DNA from: Pecten maximus
Taxonomy: Eukaryota
NCBI RefSeq assembly: GCF_902652985.1
Contig: NC_047029.1
Span: 13,082,001-13,146,000 of the forward strand
Direction of reading: 5' to 3'
DNA: 64,000 bases
Part shown: piece by piece, positions 37,577 to 50,839 of the stretch
Position numbering within the stretch: the stretch's first letter is position 1
Layout of the letters: each line of letters begins with the position of its first letter
Notes under the pieces: generated by a model
Databases searched by the model: none
What the model was told of the DNA's origin: nothing
Seen by the model: only the letters and a program-made list of their open reading frames with translations
Position numbers and translations under genes: made by a program

Positions 37577-39653
37577 ATGGAGGAGGGAGTTAAAAGTCGT
37601 ATCCAATCTTTTGATCATGACGCTGTCCCTACACAGGAAATTGATATCGAAGACAATGAAATTTCAAGCGAACACAAATCAAAAGACACATCCAGTGATG
37701 TAAAGACAAGTAAAAGCACACATTTGCAGATACTGAGGAGTGTGTGCGCTACGTGCGCCCATATGAATTTGGTGTGTATGGAAATTAAATTGTGGTCTTG
37801 AATAAAGAAAATCAAGAAGATTCAAAATCACTTCACAGATGAAAGTCTTTAACTCTTTAACATCAAATTTTATATAGAAAAGTTTAACGAAAGTTCCTTA
37901 ATGTAGAAGTTTACTTGAATCCATTAATGCTGAACTATGTAAAAGTTAGGAAAATGTATTCGATGTTAAATTACACAAAGCATATGTGTAACATTTATAT
38001 TCTGTCAGCTACAATATTCTGTTGTTCCTGTAGGGTTGGTTTAAAGGCCAGATCGGACCCGCCTTTCCTGATACCATGATGATTTCCGGAGTTGATCTTG
38101 AAAAAGGATCTGCTTTTATGACATCACTCTACGCAGGTCATTTAATTGGCTCAGTCCTGGCCGGTTTTATTTTTGGTAAAATTAACAAATATCTTTTATT
38201 TGCTTCTACTTTGCTACTTTATAGCCTTTCAGTAGCAGTCATTCCCTGGTGTTTCCTCTACGAACTGATGGTAGCTTCATTTGTATTTCTTGGTGTCTGC
38301 TGTGGGATTATTTCAGTTGGTAAGTTGTCGATTTGTATATGATTGGTTTATACCCTTTCATTTTGTTCTAAAATATATAGGTGAAATAATTTCCAATGAT
38401 GCCTTTTACCTGATCGATGATACACGTATCAATAAGAATATTTCGAACCGTCTACTAATTTATTTCAATGTAAATATTTAAGCAGGACTTCAGATTTTGG
38501 CTACATTCAACTACTCTATTTACTACACGCATAATATGGTTTTTAATCATATTACTATTTAACTATTACACTCGAGAGACTGAAGATTACTCACAATGTT
38601 TGTTATATGACATATAACATGCAGTATCTCTTTCCTACAGCTGTAGGTCCTGAGCTTGTGGATATTTGGGGTCCAACACCTCGAGGTCGTTCATATCTCA
38701 TGGTCAGCACTGTTGCAGCCGGTATCGCCAGTGTCGTAGCCCCTTTGGTGACGGCTCCATTTCTACTAAAACAGACCAACCATGGCAGAGTCAACACACA
38801 CGACACTTCATGGAATTCAACGTTTTCTCCTACTATATATACATATATTAACAGCACTATCCAATCCCGCCTGAATGATATGGAGCTACCAACTGAAAAC
38901 TCTACATTGAAAACCGAAAACGATTCAAAGCTATATATAGCATATACAATATCAGCAGTATTAGGTTTGTTGACAGCTGTGCTCTTCTTCGTGTTGTTTT
39001 GTCAACCAGGACCAGTTAACGAACAGAAACAAAACAGTGGTAAATTGGAATTCATTGGGAAACGATCGATATTGGTTAAACGCTTACAATTGTTCAACAT
39101 TGCCATTTTCGGGTTAACACAAAGTGCGATCGATTTAACATTCGCCGGATATCTTGCAGTATTCTGTATCAATTATCTTGGTTGGACAAAGACATTAGGA
39201 GCTACTGTTACCTCTGTTGCCTTTTTCGCTAGACTTACTGGGACTTTTAGCGGAATATTCCTTGTAAGGTATTTTCCCTCTCACTATATATTGCTAACAT
39301 CCACTATTGTATCCACTGTGGGATTGATCGGTCTAACTATTAGCGCGCATGTATATTTTGATGTTGGTATATGGATATCAGTGGGAGTTATTGGTATTCC
39401 GTTCGGTCTTATTTGGCCAAATTTGATAAGTTGGATAAATGTAAACCTCATTCCTTTTCGTAATCAAATTTCAGGCGTTCTGGCTTGCTGTGTCTTTTTA
39501 GGTGCTTTTCTTTCTCCTGTTCTACTCGGATACCTGATGGAAGAAGTATCTCTTCTTTGGTTTTGTTACTTGTGTTGTTGTAAGTCTGTGGTAATTGTTA
39601 TCAATGCTATCCTAATGGTATTATACACAGCACCCACAGATACCAAACAATAA
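37577..39653 (+). CDS. MFS transporter paralog 3 (MFSD4/NaGLT1-like), 497 aa; exons 37577-37771, 38034-38319, 38641-39653
   Basis: Canonical GT-AG junctions with phases 0 and 1, 1494-nt open frame, many hydrophobic segments, loop rich in N-x-S/T sequons. Confidence 0.88.
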
Positions 39654-39843
39654 TATACTAGCGGGGAAGTACCAAACAACATACTTCAGAATAAGATTGT
39701 TTCCTGATATTCCTTATGAACTTACTTGCGGTCCCTGGAATCTCTATGCCGCAGTTTTATATTCATTATTCGGTTATACTGTGTAATCTATTTATCAATA
39801 AATTCATGTTGAAATTCACTTGCGTCTCTTCTCTACAATTTTT

Positions 39844-40224
39844 GATGTGGCTGCTCACTGTCATACCGCATCTGATTTGAGATTTTCGTCTTCTCGACTG
39901 TTCATGCACCCAGAAAAGACGAAAATTGCCAAAACGTAAATTTCGTATTTTGGACTTTTCACCCCGAAAAGACGAAAATTAACCAACCGTAATTTTTGTC
40001 CTTTCGTCTTTTTACTCCGAAAAGACAAAAAGACCATACACAAAAAGACGAAACAAATGCACGCAAATTAGCGACTTTAATTCTCGTCTTTTCGGATTCA
40101 TTTATCTCGTCTTTTCAAATTTTCGCACTGAAAGACAAAAACTAACAAAATTTAAGTTTTGTTAATTTTCGTCTTTTCGGGACGAAAAATTGAAATAACG
40201 AAATGGCACAAATCAGCCATCGTA
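39844..40224. mobile_element. MITE-like element with AAAAGACGAAA subrepeats in both orientations
   Basis: Right end CGAAATGGCACAAATCAGCCATCGTA and degenerate left end GATGTGGCTG. Repeated AAAAGACGAAA / TTTCGTCTTTT. Confidence 0.6.
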
Positions 40225-41662
40225 CTGTCGGGATTATATTTTGTCACGAAAACATGATTGTGGTGACAATTGAAAAAATGTTATTTTAATGCAATACTCT
40301 TAATATTTAGCCGACTGCTGAAATTAACACCATTCAATAGGTATTTACGGAACTGGTTACAGTAGAAGACACACAGTTCCTCTCCTCCGATTCTTATAAC
40401 ACAAGTTGCTGATGCTAGGTGCCAACTGTAATTATTTCCATCCACGTGCTTGTCAAACCCATATTCTATAGCAAAAAACCACTGAAATAACATATGACAT
40501 TTTTCAATAGAGTTTTATTTCAATAAATAATTGTCTGATTTTATATATACATCACACTTATCCTTAAGTACGTGTGAAACGCAAAGGATCTACGATATTT
40601 TCACACAAAAACATCGTCTGATTTAACTGATATATTACCATCTAATGTTTATGGAAAACACTTATGAAACGTTCTTCTACCTTGAGGAAATGCACATATT
40701 GAATTTTGAAAATCAGTAGGTAGTTAATATTGGTACAATAATGAATTGGCGGGAAACAGTTGTAGATATTTTCTTTATTACGATTATGACAGTGAAAACA
40801 AAACAACTTAGGGTTTTTCTTTTAACTAATGTAGTCACCGTGAGAATCGCTGCCCTGAAAACCGGACATATATTTTTCCCGTGAAAAGCGTAGATCCTAT
40901 GACTTAAGATGAAATAGTGAGATCTAATTACTTTAATCAAATTCAAATATTACGTACTGCTTTTTAATCCCACAAACCAACCAGCCGTGACGTCATAGTT
41001 TTAGTAGCATATGTGATAAGTGAACTATCCAGTTTGAAGGTGTACTTTGTAATTCAAAACCAAATTATATGTTTGACTCCTCCCAAACAGCCATGGCATC
41101 TCCTTGAGGAAATCTAAACATCAACTGTACTCATGAAAAATGCACCTAGAAGGCAAGGGTTAAATTCTCCCGTTTTGTCCTGAAATGACCTTTGTGTCAA
41201 CAGGACATTACACTAACCTACAGAAGTAGGTCGTGTTATGCATGATCATATCGATAACACACTGGTATTTGTAACCTCTTGGACAGGACACAGCCAGCCT
41301 AACTTTTATGATGTAGAACCTGATACAAAGAGGTAAGTCTATTCAATAAATAGTCCCGTTCAGCTCAATAGCCACTTACTTTATATCATTGCCGATTATT
41401 CAATAGGTTAGATTAAACGACCTGCATTAAGATATTCTTGAGACTTGTATTTGTATAGAGTCAGTGTATCCGTGAAAAGATAAAAACTAAAAATCGTGGT
41501 AGCTTTATTCTAAATTATGATTTGTTTGTTTCGCAAAATATAAGTAATATAGTAATATTTTTCAATTTTCATAGCTGGGAATTTTACATTTCACAATAAT
41601 GATGAATACGTAATATGTTGAACACAAAATGTCAGTTTTGTATTTAATAACAGGAAAGAACA

Positions 41663-44058
41663 ATGGAGGTGGGAGTTAAATGTGGTATACAATCTTATGA
41701 TCACGACGCTGTTCCTAAGCAGGATGTCGATATCAAAGACAATGACAGTTCCAGCGAACACAAATTGAAAGACATATCCGATGAATCATCGAACTGTAAA
41801 AACACACATTTGCAGATCATTCGAAGCGTGTGTGTTTCTTGTGCCTATATGGTTTTGGTGTGTATGAAAATTGTGTTTACACTCTTTGAAAATAATAATC
41901 CAGTGGATATTGCAATTTCATTAGCGCGTTTACTTTCAACCTCTCATCAAAATTCATAAATCTTTAATTAAACGCTCTTACTAACTACTTTTTGATATGT
42001 TAATTCAGTCCATGAGTTCGTTTCGCGACATGTTTAAATTTGTTCTCGTATCATATCTATTGTACTAAGATATGGGCCAGAAGAAGTTTTGGAAAATATT
42101 AGACTAAAATCGTTGATTTCTTGACCATTCATGATTTAGCTTAAATTACCTTTCCTATCAGTTTCATGGCTATGCTTTGTAATGGACTCTCTGCACTACT
42201 GTTAATATTTGTCATCCTTGCAGGGCTGGACAAAAGGACAGATCGGACCAGCCTTCCTTGACATCCTGATGATTTCCGGAGCTAATCTTGAAAAAGGGTC
42301 CGTTTTCATGACGTCACTCTACGCAGGTCAATTAATTGGCTCTCTCCTCTCTGGTTTTGCTTTTGCTAAAATGAACAAATTCCTTTTATTTGCTTTTACT
42401 TTAGCATTGTACAGCCTTACAGTAGCAGCCATTCCCTGGTGTTTCCTCTACGAACTAATGGTAGCAGCATTTGCATTTCTTGGTGTCTGCGGTGGGATTA
42501 TTGTAGTAGGTAAGTAAATGTTTGGTTTATACCTGATTAGCTTGTGAATTCATAAAAGAAATCTGAGGGGCATACCTCTGAATATAGACAGATAACGTAT
42601 GAAACAGGGAAAAAATATTGATTGTCAACTGATGGCATATGAATCATGCCTTATTTATCTGATCGATGGAAGAATATGATTATGTTCGTTTCAAATTCCC
42701 AAGCTATGTAATGATTATGTCAACAGCTAAAGTTATCTAATATGTAAATATTGCAGCAGTCAAATTTTGGCTACATCAAGCCACTATTAGCCATTCAGAA
42801 TTCACAAAGCAACTGTCAAAAGTGATGAATACAGTGCTCTCCTGGTATCCATGAAGTGAAATAGTCAAAGTGGTTAAGATAGATTTTGTATCTTTATTTA
42901 GACGGGATGTTATTTAACCAGCCGATTAAGCACTTTTGTCACCTTTTTGTGCTCATATTACTATTGGATTATTATACCAGACTGAAGATTATTCATAACG
43001 TTTGCTACATGACATATAACATGCAGTTTCTCTTTCCTACAGCTGTAGGTTCTGAGGTTGTGGATATTTGGGGTCCAACACCTCGAGGTCGTTCATATCT
43101 CATGGTCAACAGTGTTGCAGCCGGCATCGCAAGTGTAGTAGCGCCTTTGGTGACAGCTCCATTTCTACAGAAGCAACCCAACTATAACAGTGCCTGCACA
43201 TACAACATTTCATGGAATTCAACTTCGTCTACGCCTACTTTATATTCATACATTAACAGAACTATCCAATCACGCCTGAATGATATGGAGCTATCAATTG
43301 GAAACTCTACATTGAAAACCGAAAGCGATTCAAAGCTATATATAGCATATACAATATCAGCAGTATTAGGTTTGTTGACAGCTGTGCTCTTCTTCGTGTT
43401 GTTTTGTCAACCAGGACCAGTTAACGAACAGAAACAAAACAGTGGTAAATTGGAATTCATTGGGAAACGCTCGATATTGGTTAAACGCTTACAATTGTTC
43501 AACATTGGAGTTTTCGGTCTGACACAAAGTGCGATCGATTTCACATTCGCCGGATATCTTGCAGTATTCTGTATCAATTATCTTGGTTGGACAAAGACAT
43601 TAGGAGCTACTGTTACCTCTGTTGCCTTTTTCGCTAGACTTACTGGGACTTTTAGCGGAATATTCCTTGTAAGGTATTTCCCCTCTCACCAGCTGTTGGT
43701 GATATCAACGATTGCATCCACTGTGGGATTTATCGGACTAACTATCAGCGCGCATGCGTATGCTGATGTTGGTATATGGATATCAGTAGGCGCAATCGGT
43801 TTTCCGTTCGGTCTTATGTGGCCAAGTTTGATAAATTGGATAAATATAAACCTCATTCCTTTTCGTAATCAAATATCAGGCTCTCTGAGTTCCTGCGCCT
43901 ATCTAGGTGCCCTTCTGGTTCCTTTACTAATTGGATATATGATGGCAGAAGTATCTCTACTTTGGTTCTGTTACCTGTGTTGTTCAATGTCTGTGGTACT
44001 AGTTATTAATGCTCTCCTCATGTTACTTTACACAGGGCCCTCCGTTAAGAAGCAATAA
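41663..44058 (+). CDS. MFS transporter paralog 4 (MFSD4/NaGLT1-like), 498 aa; exons 41663-41857, 42224-42509, 43043-44058
   Basis: Same exon structure and a 1497-nt open frame. Probable non-coding first exon (donor AAAGAG|GTAAGT at about 41332, acceptor ACAG just before the ATG). Confidence 0.88.
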
Positions 44059-44859
44059 AATACTGTCGAGAAAAGTGGCTCTTTTGTTTTAAATTACGTA
44101 AGATTCAATGCGATCCCTTTACCTCAATTCAGAGATATTACAGCCTTAAGTTGTTACACATGTTACACATGCTGTAAAGGAAATGAGAACAAATGTCTCT
44201 GAAGGATAAACGTCTTCTGCGTCATCGCCGTCACCTGCCACACACTAAGAAATGAGACATTGAGAACATATCTATAAATCTTTATATTCATATTTTGTAT
44301 CAAAATCTGTATTCTCTTGGAGTTCAAAGCAATGTGTGTTACACTTACTGTCATTGCCAATCTTAACATATAATATAACTGCACATCGCTCTTAATGGAA
44401 TAAAATTTCATACTTCCAGACGTTTGCAAGTGATTTGGATGACATTGCTTGGGTATCGTGGGGTTTCTAAATACAGGTTCAAATCAATCCAACAAATACG
44501 GAACAGGACAGAAATCTTTAGGTGAACAGTTGTGAACTAGTTATTTGGTCAAACCTACATTTTTTACCCATTGTTATTATATAAGACTTTTTGATATGTT
44601 GGAATGAATGATATGGATAGTTTCCCCGAGAAGTCACAAAACCATAAACCATGAAACTGAACAAGGGTTTTACCACAGTTTTTCAAGGCGAGGGTACAAC
44701 GTCCATACCCTTCATACCCACATATGAAATTGTGTTTTACCGGCGTATACTGCATTCAAACATTCCGCCAGTATAAAATTCCAACGAACATATTAAAAAT
44801 AATAATGTAACGAGGGCAATTAGTAACAGATATATCTATTCGAAAAAAGATGAAGTACT

Positions 44860-45300
44860 GCATATTTTCGCCTTAAATTACCATATCATATTTTGCTGGG
44901 TTCCTGGACAACCTGGAATATCTGGCAATGAAAAGGTAGATCGCGCCGCAAAAGTGGCATTATCAATACTACCACATGATTTTAAAATTCATTTTAACTA
45001 AACTTTTATTATCACAGTGGCAAAGTAAATGGAATCAATATGTAGACAATAAACTGCACTCAATCAAAGGAAATATCGGTGAATGGTCGCTTTGCTACAG
45101 AGACAATCGCAGAGACGAGATTATTGTTGCCCGCCTTAGGATGGGCCATACATATATAACGCAATCCTACTTATTGAAGCGTGAGGAGTGACTCATAGCA
45201 TCGCAGGCAATAGACCTTTTACCGTTAAACTCTGTTAGTATATACAAAATTTTAAACGGTCTGAAAGTTGTTGGTTTGTATCATAAGATTTGAGTATCAA
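44860..45300 (+). mobile_element. I-group (Nimb/I-like) LINE 3' fragment with RNase H end
   Basis: CWVPGQPGISGNEKVDRAAKVAL (RNase H motif) followed by WQSKW...NKLHSIK...RRDEIIVARLRMGHTYIT. Confidence 0.8.
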
Positions 45301-45404
45301 TAGCCACTTTTTTAATTTAAACTTATCGTGAGTGTACCAATACAATGTATATGTTTACATTTTAACATTGGAACACTACCTTTTCCCATAGTTTCTATTC
45401 AATA

Positions 45405-45618
45405 TTGTAAACATACCTTATTTGGCGTACTCAAATTTTGGCGCATTTCCGAATCATAACAATCAGCGCATTGATGAATTGGCGCGCCAAAACTATTTCA
45501 TATAGAAATAGTGTATAGATAGTGCAATTATGATTTAGCGGAAGGTTTCCACCGCGAAAAGTGCTAAAATTTCATCGCCACTAAAATAAGATTACCGCTA
45601 AAATATGTATGTTTACAG
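45405..45618. mobile_element. Small TA-flanked MITE
   Basis: TA|TTGTAAACATAC ... GTATGTTTACAG|TA, with internal TTGGCG / CGCCAA motifs. Confidence 0.65.
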
Positions 45619-46786
45619 TATATTGTCTTTGTGTTAAAGTCTTCAATTCAGAATAAAGGTATATATATGCCGGATATACTATCCATTTGACCAAAACAGC
45701 TTGTCAATACAATCTCTTCGAATGAAAACTTATAGGATCTACGATACATGTAATTCCATACAAAATCATCGTCTCTTTTGATTGCTTTAACTATATAATA
45801 TTTAAGGAAAATACATATGCAAATCTATTTTACATTGAATATTACACGTGAAATGCGTTGTTGAAAATAAATAGTCTGTTATCATCGGTGCAATAATGAG
45901 TTGGCGGATAACAATCATAAATATTTCGATTATGACAGTGAAAATATAATTCATGTACAGATATATTTTTTTAATTAATGTAGTCAACGTGAGAATCGCT
46001 GCACTGAAAACTGGACAAATACTTTTCACGTGAATATCGTAGATCCTGTGACTTTGGATAAAATAATGAAATCAAACGAAATCAAATGAAATAAATTCAA
46101 ATATAATGCACTGCTGTTCAATCAAAACCGTCACCAGTTTAGTAACATAGGTGATCAGTGCACTAACCAGGTTGAAGGTGTGCTTTGTAATTTGCAATAC
46201 CACACAAGATGTTTCACTCCCTCCAAGCAGCCATTACACCTCCATGTGAAGACCTTAACATTAAATATCTTATGGCCCAGTACAGATAGAAGGCATATGT
46301 TTGATTTTCCCATTTTGGCCCCAAATGACCTTGTGTATATAGGACTTAAAAAGATAATGTCACTTAAGTAGGTCGCTTTACGTATCATCGTATAGATAAA
46401 GCAATCATTGCAAGCATGCAATACTAGTGTGTGTAATCTCTTGGTCATGACACCGGCAGCATGTAAACATCACCTTATATAAAGAGGTAAGTCTAGTCAA
46501 TAACTGGTCTCGTTCAACTCAAAAACTATGTACTAAGGCAGAAACATCAATACGCTTTACATGACCCACATTTTCAAAGTCAACAAGAAACGGAAATTAA
46601 GAAATTGAAAATCAATTTAACTGTTTTAAACTTCGACCTTTTTGTGCTTATTCTAAGTATAAGTAAGCAAGCCCTCGCCGGGAGTCATAATTCGCTTTTA
46701 TGTATACTATTTTGAAATTTTACAATATTGATGAATACTTAATATGTTAACACAAAATGTTTTGTATTTAATCACAGGAAAGAACA

Positions 46787-49694
46787 ATGGAGGTGGGAGT
46801 TAAATGTGGTATCAAATCTTTTGATCACGATGCTGTCCCTATACAGGATGTCGATATCAAAGACAATGACAATTCCAGTCAACACAAATTGAAAGACATA
46901 TCCGATGAATTAATAAACAGTCAAACCACAAAGTGCCAGATCGTACGGAGCGTGTGCACTTCTTGTTCCTATATGGTTTTGGTGTGTATGACTAATAGAA
47001 TATATCATGGGTCTGTTCCGTAGACAGGGATATCTCAACCCGAGTGTAAGAGTTTGGCCAGTCAGCACGAGGCTTGCCGAGTGCTGGCCAGCCAACCTCT
47101 TACACGAGGTTTGAGATATCCTTATTCGCGGAACAGACCCATGATTGATTATTTTTCTCACATACTTGCAACCAAACATAAGTTTTTATGAATTTTTTTT
47201 CATCGCGCCATATTCAATGCTCCTTGGAATGTGCGTCAAACTTTATGACGTCATCATTTACGACTTGGCTACTCAACGTAAAATGATGACGTTGTGTTAT
47301 TGTGAGCAGCGTCATATAGCGCGTGCCGGCTGTCTATACCCACCCTGTGTAAGATCGATTTATCTTTTCCCTAGCAACCGCCGGATAACCCTGTGAAGTA
47401 TGGGAAAAAATTGTGTTCACCCTAGCTCTTTGAAAAACTAACCGAAGGGGGATATTGCAATCGAGTAATGCAATAGCACGTTTGCGTTGCAAATTTCATC
47501 CAAATTCTCGAATTTTTAATTTATCACTCTCACTAACTACACTGTCTTCGATATTTTATTCAGACCAGGAGTTCATTTCGCGACCTGTATCAATTCTGTT
47601 ATTGCATCTTATCTATCTAACTTTGATAGGGGCCAGAAAATGTTCCGGGAAAATATCAGACTACAAACGTCGATTCCCAAAGCATTCAAAACAAAGTTAT
47701 GTGTAAGCTTTAGATTCGTAATTTAGTGTAAAAGGTCCTACCCGTCAGCTTCATAACTATGATTAGCAATGGGCTTCCTGCACTTTTAATAATATTCTGT
47801 CGTTCCTGTAGGGCTGGACGAAAGGCCAGATCGGACCAGCCTTCCCTGATATCATGATGATTTCCGGAGCTGATCTTGAAAAAGGATCTGCTTTTATGAC
47901 GTCACTCTACACAGGCCAATTAATCGGCTCCATTATGGCGGGTTTCATTTACCCAAAAATGAACAAGTACCTTTTATTTGCATCTGCCTTGTCACTGTAC
48001 AGTCTTACAGTAGCAGTCATTCCCTGGTGTTTCCAGTACGAACTGATGGTAGCAGCATTTGCGTTTCTTGGTGTTTGTGGTGGGATTATTTCTGTTGGTA
48101 AGATGTGTTTGCTGCTGGTATTGCAGCATATTTATTTCTGTAAATTAGTATTATCATTATCTTTCATCAAATACAATTGAATATTATCATATTTCAATCT
48201 CAGTTCATTTTTATAAAATGATGAACCCACAATAAAATATACTGTGAAATATAAGTTATGCAAACCGATAAATCAGTAGTCCATTTGTATAAATCGGTTT
48301 ATACCTTCATAAAAGATTCAATATCCAGGGAAAATATTTTTTTAATGTTGTCAATTAATCCATGAAACATTACTTTTCTTCCTGATCAATGAAACGTCAA
48401 GCTATGTAATATTTATTTTGTCTGATTAAAGGTGTCAGAATGCATAAGGCAATTGTCAAAACTACCGACGGCCACTCAAGATTGACTATATCTCGCTCTA
48501 GTCCAGTTGCGGTTTCCTGGTAGTTCATTAAGGAAGACAGTCAAAGTCGTTAAGATCTATTTTGTTTGATAATGAAGGTGTTATTGAGTCAGCCAATCCA
48601 TAACATTATTGCACTATTACACCCGAGAGGCCAAAACGGTTGTTATAAGACATATAACATGCAGTATCTTTTTTCTTGCAGCTGTAGGTTCTGAGGTTGT
48701 GGATATATGGGGTCCAACACCTCGGGGTCGTTCATATATAATGGTCAATAGTACTGCATCTGCTATCGCCAGTGTAGTAGCCCCTTTGGTGACGGCTCCA
48801 TTTCTACTAAAACAGACCAACCATGGCAGAGTCAACACACACGACACTTCATGGAATTCAACGTTTTCTCCTCCTACTATATATACATATATCAACAGCA
48901 CTATCCAGTCCCGCCTGAATGAAATGGTGCTACCAACTGAAAACTCTACATTGAAAACCGAAAGCGATTCAAAGCTATATATAGCATATACAATATCAGC
49001 AGTATTAGGTGTGTTGACAGCTGTGCTCTTCTTCGTGTTGTTTTGTCAACCAGGACCAGTTAACGAACAGAAACAAAACAGTGGTAAATTAGAATTCATT
49101 GGGAAACGCTCGATATTGGTTAAACGCTTACAATTGTTCAACATTGGAGTTTTCGGTCTGACACAAAGTGCGATCGATTTCACATTCCCCGGATATCTCG
49201 CAACATTTTGTATCAATTATCTTGGTTGGACAAAGACATTGGGAGCTACTGTTACCTCTGTTGCCTTTTTCGCTAGACTTACTGGGACTTTTAGCGGAAT
49301 ATTTCTTGTAAGGTATTTTCCCTCTCACCAGCTGTTGGTGATATCAACGATTGCATCCACTGTGGGGTTTATCGGACTAACTATCAGCGCCCATGTGTAT
49401 GACGATGTTGGTATATGGATATCAGTAGGCGCAATCGGTTTTCCGTTCGGTCTGATGTGGCCAAATTTGATAAATTGGATAAATGTGAACCTCATTCCTT
49501 TCCGTAATCAAATAGCAAGCTTTCTAAGTAGTAGTGCCTATCTAGGTGCCCTTCTGGCTCCAGTTCTACTTGGATACCTGATGGAAGAAGTATCTCTTCT
49601 TTGGTTTTGTTACTTGTGTTGTTGTAAGTCTGTGGTAATTGTTATCAATGCTATCCTAATTTGGTTATACACAGCGCCCATCGACACGAAATAA
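46787..49694 (+). CDS. MFS transporter paralog 5 (MFSD4/NaGLT1-like), 497 aa; exons 46787-46981, 47812-48097, 48682-49694
   Basis: Same exon structure and a 1494-nt open frame. Upstream AAAGAG|GTAAGT donor at about 46486. Confidence 0.88.
46991..47406. mobile_element. Hairpin non-autonomous element (Crypton-like) in intron 1 of paralog 5
   Basis: Absent from the paralog 4 intron (GTGTGTATGA|AAATTGTG). Long imperfect palindrome 47004-47145 centred on CGAGGCTTGCCGAG, plus a second inverted pair TTTTTCTCACATACT / AGTATGGGAAAAA. Confidence 0.7.
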
Positions 49695-49700
49695 TAATAT

Positions 49701-49939
49701 TGTAACCGTGGAAAATAGTGAGGTGAATACTTGACAAGGGGATACCCGACCCTGGGTTGTTATAGTTGTTAGGTCTTTGGGGTCGATTTCAAGAGGGAGG
49801 GAATTCGAAGAGTGTAGCGGAACTGGACTGGGTCGATCATCGACGACCAGGCAGCTCAATTGGTAGAGCATCAGGCTAGTGTTAGGAGGTCCCAGGTTCG
49901 AACCGCGGTCTGGCCGTGCATTTTCCCACTCCTACTTCA
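49701..49939 (+). mobile_element. Short repeat containing a tRNA-derived module (49845-49916)
   Basis: A box GCAGCTCAATTGG and B box GGTTCGAACC within GACCAGG...CTGGCC. The cloverleaf is degenerate. Segment bounded by TGTAAC...CA. Confidence 0.5.
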
Positions 49940-50839
49940 TTTGCGTTAATTACGTAATTTTCATCATAGATGGGTTCGACAGTCAATGACATCCTTCTAG
50001 TTTCAGATATGTTAGTTTTTCTAAGTTGCCATATTAGCCATGTCGTACTTTGTTACGCAAATTCGGTGTACAATATTCAAAATGAGAACGAGTTTCTGAA
50101 GGATAACCGTCTTCAATTGATTATGCAGCACACGTCATACATTAAGAATTAAGACATTAGGAACAATTCAAAAATGTCTTTATGTTCTTGGGTCAAAACC
50201 AGTTTGTTGCTGTCCTTGTATCAAGGCAATATTACGATCTCTAATTTTGCCGACTCGATCTTTTTTTTTTTTTTTTTTTTTTTGCTAATCAGAAGTCAGT
50301 CCTGTTATAATGTCAGCCAATATTCATTAGAACCTTTATATTTTATAAAAGCTTTCTCCGAATATACAATATAGCAGTAAATACAGCAGAGAATGGTGGT
50401 TATATCCATCCTTTTTATTATAATTAAAACGATTTAAGTGTTTTGTGTTGAAGTTTTGATGAATTTATACATGTATATGAGTGATATGCATGTTTGTAAA
50501 ATGATGTAATAGCGCATATTTGTTTGCTTCATTTCCCTCATTTAACTAATTAATAAAATGTCTGTTTACTGCATTTACAAAGTTTCTATTTTCCAATAAT
50601 TAATTATGAACTATGTTTCAATAGGAATCGCGGGAAGTCCAAGGTCCCACAAGAAAATACATGCGTGACCTATCCCGACACTCAACCATCTATGTTCTTG
50701 GATACTGTATATTAAGAGATTATACGGTCTCTTGAATTTCTGTCATTTATTTCCGACATTACATTTTTGAATGAAGTCTTCTTAAATGTAATTGGGGTTG
50801 ATGTGGCATGGGTTTTCTTGTTGACATCCTTGACCATTC

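Noticed and set aside
42886-43042. N-terminal extensions of the long MFS ORFs (also 38607 and 48609)
   Set aside because: Intronic sequence upstream of the conserved exon 3 acceptor, not true starts.
49845-49916. Functional tRNA gene
   Set aside because: Acceptor, anticodon and T stems are mismatched and there is no clean anticodon loop. Treated as repeat-derived.
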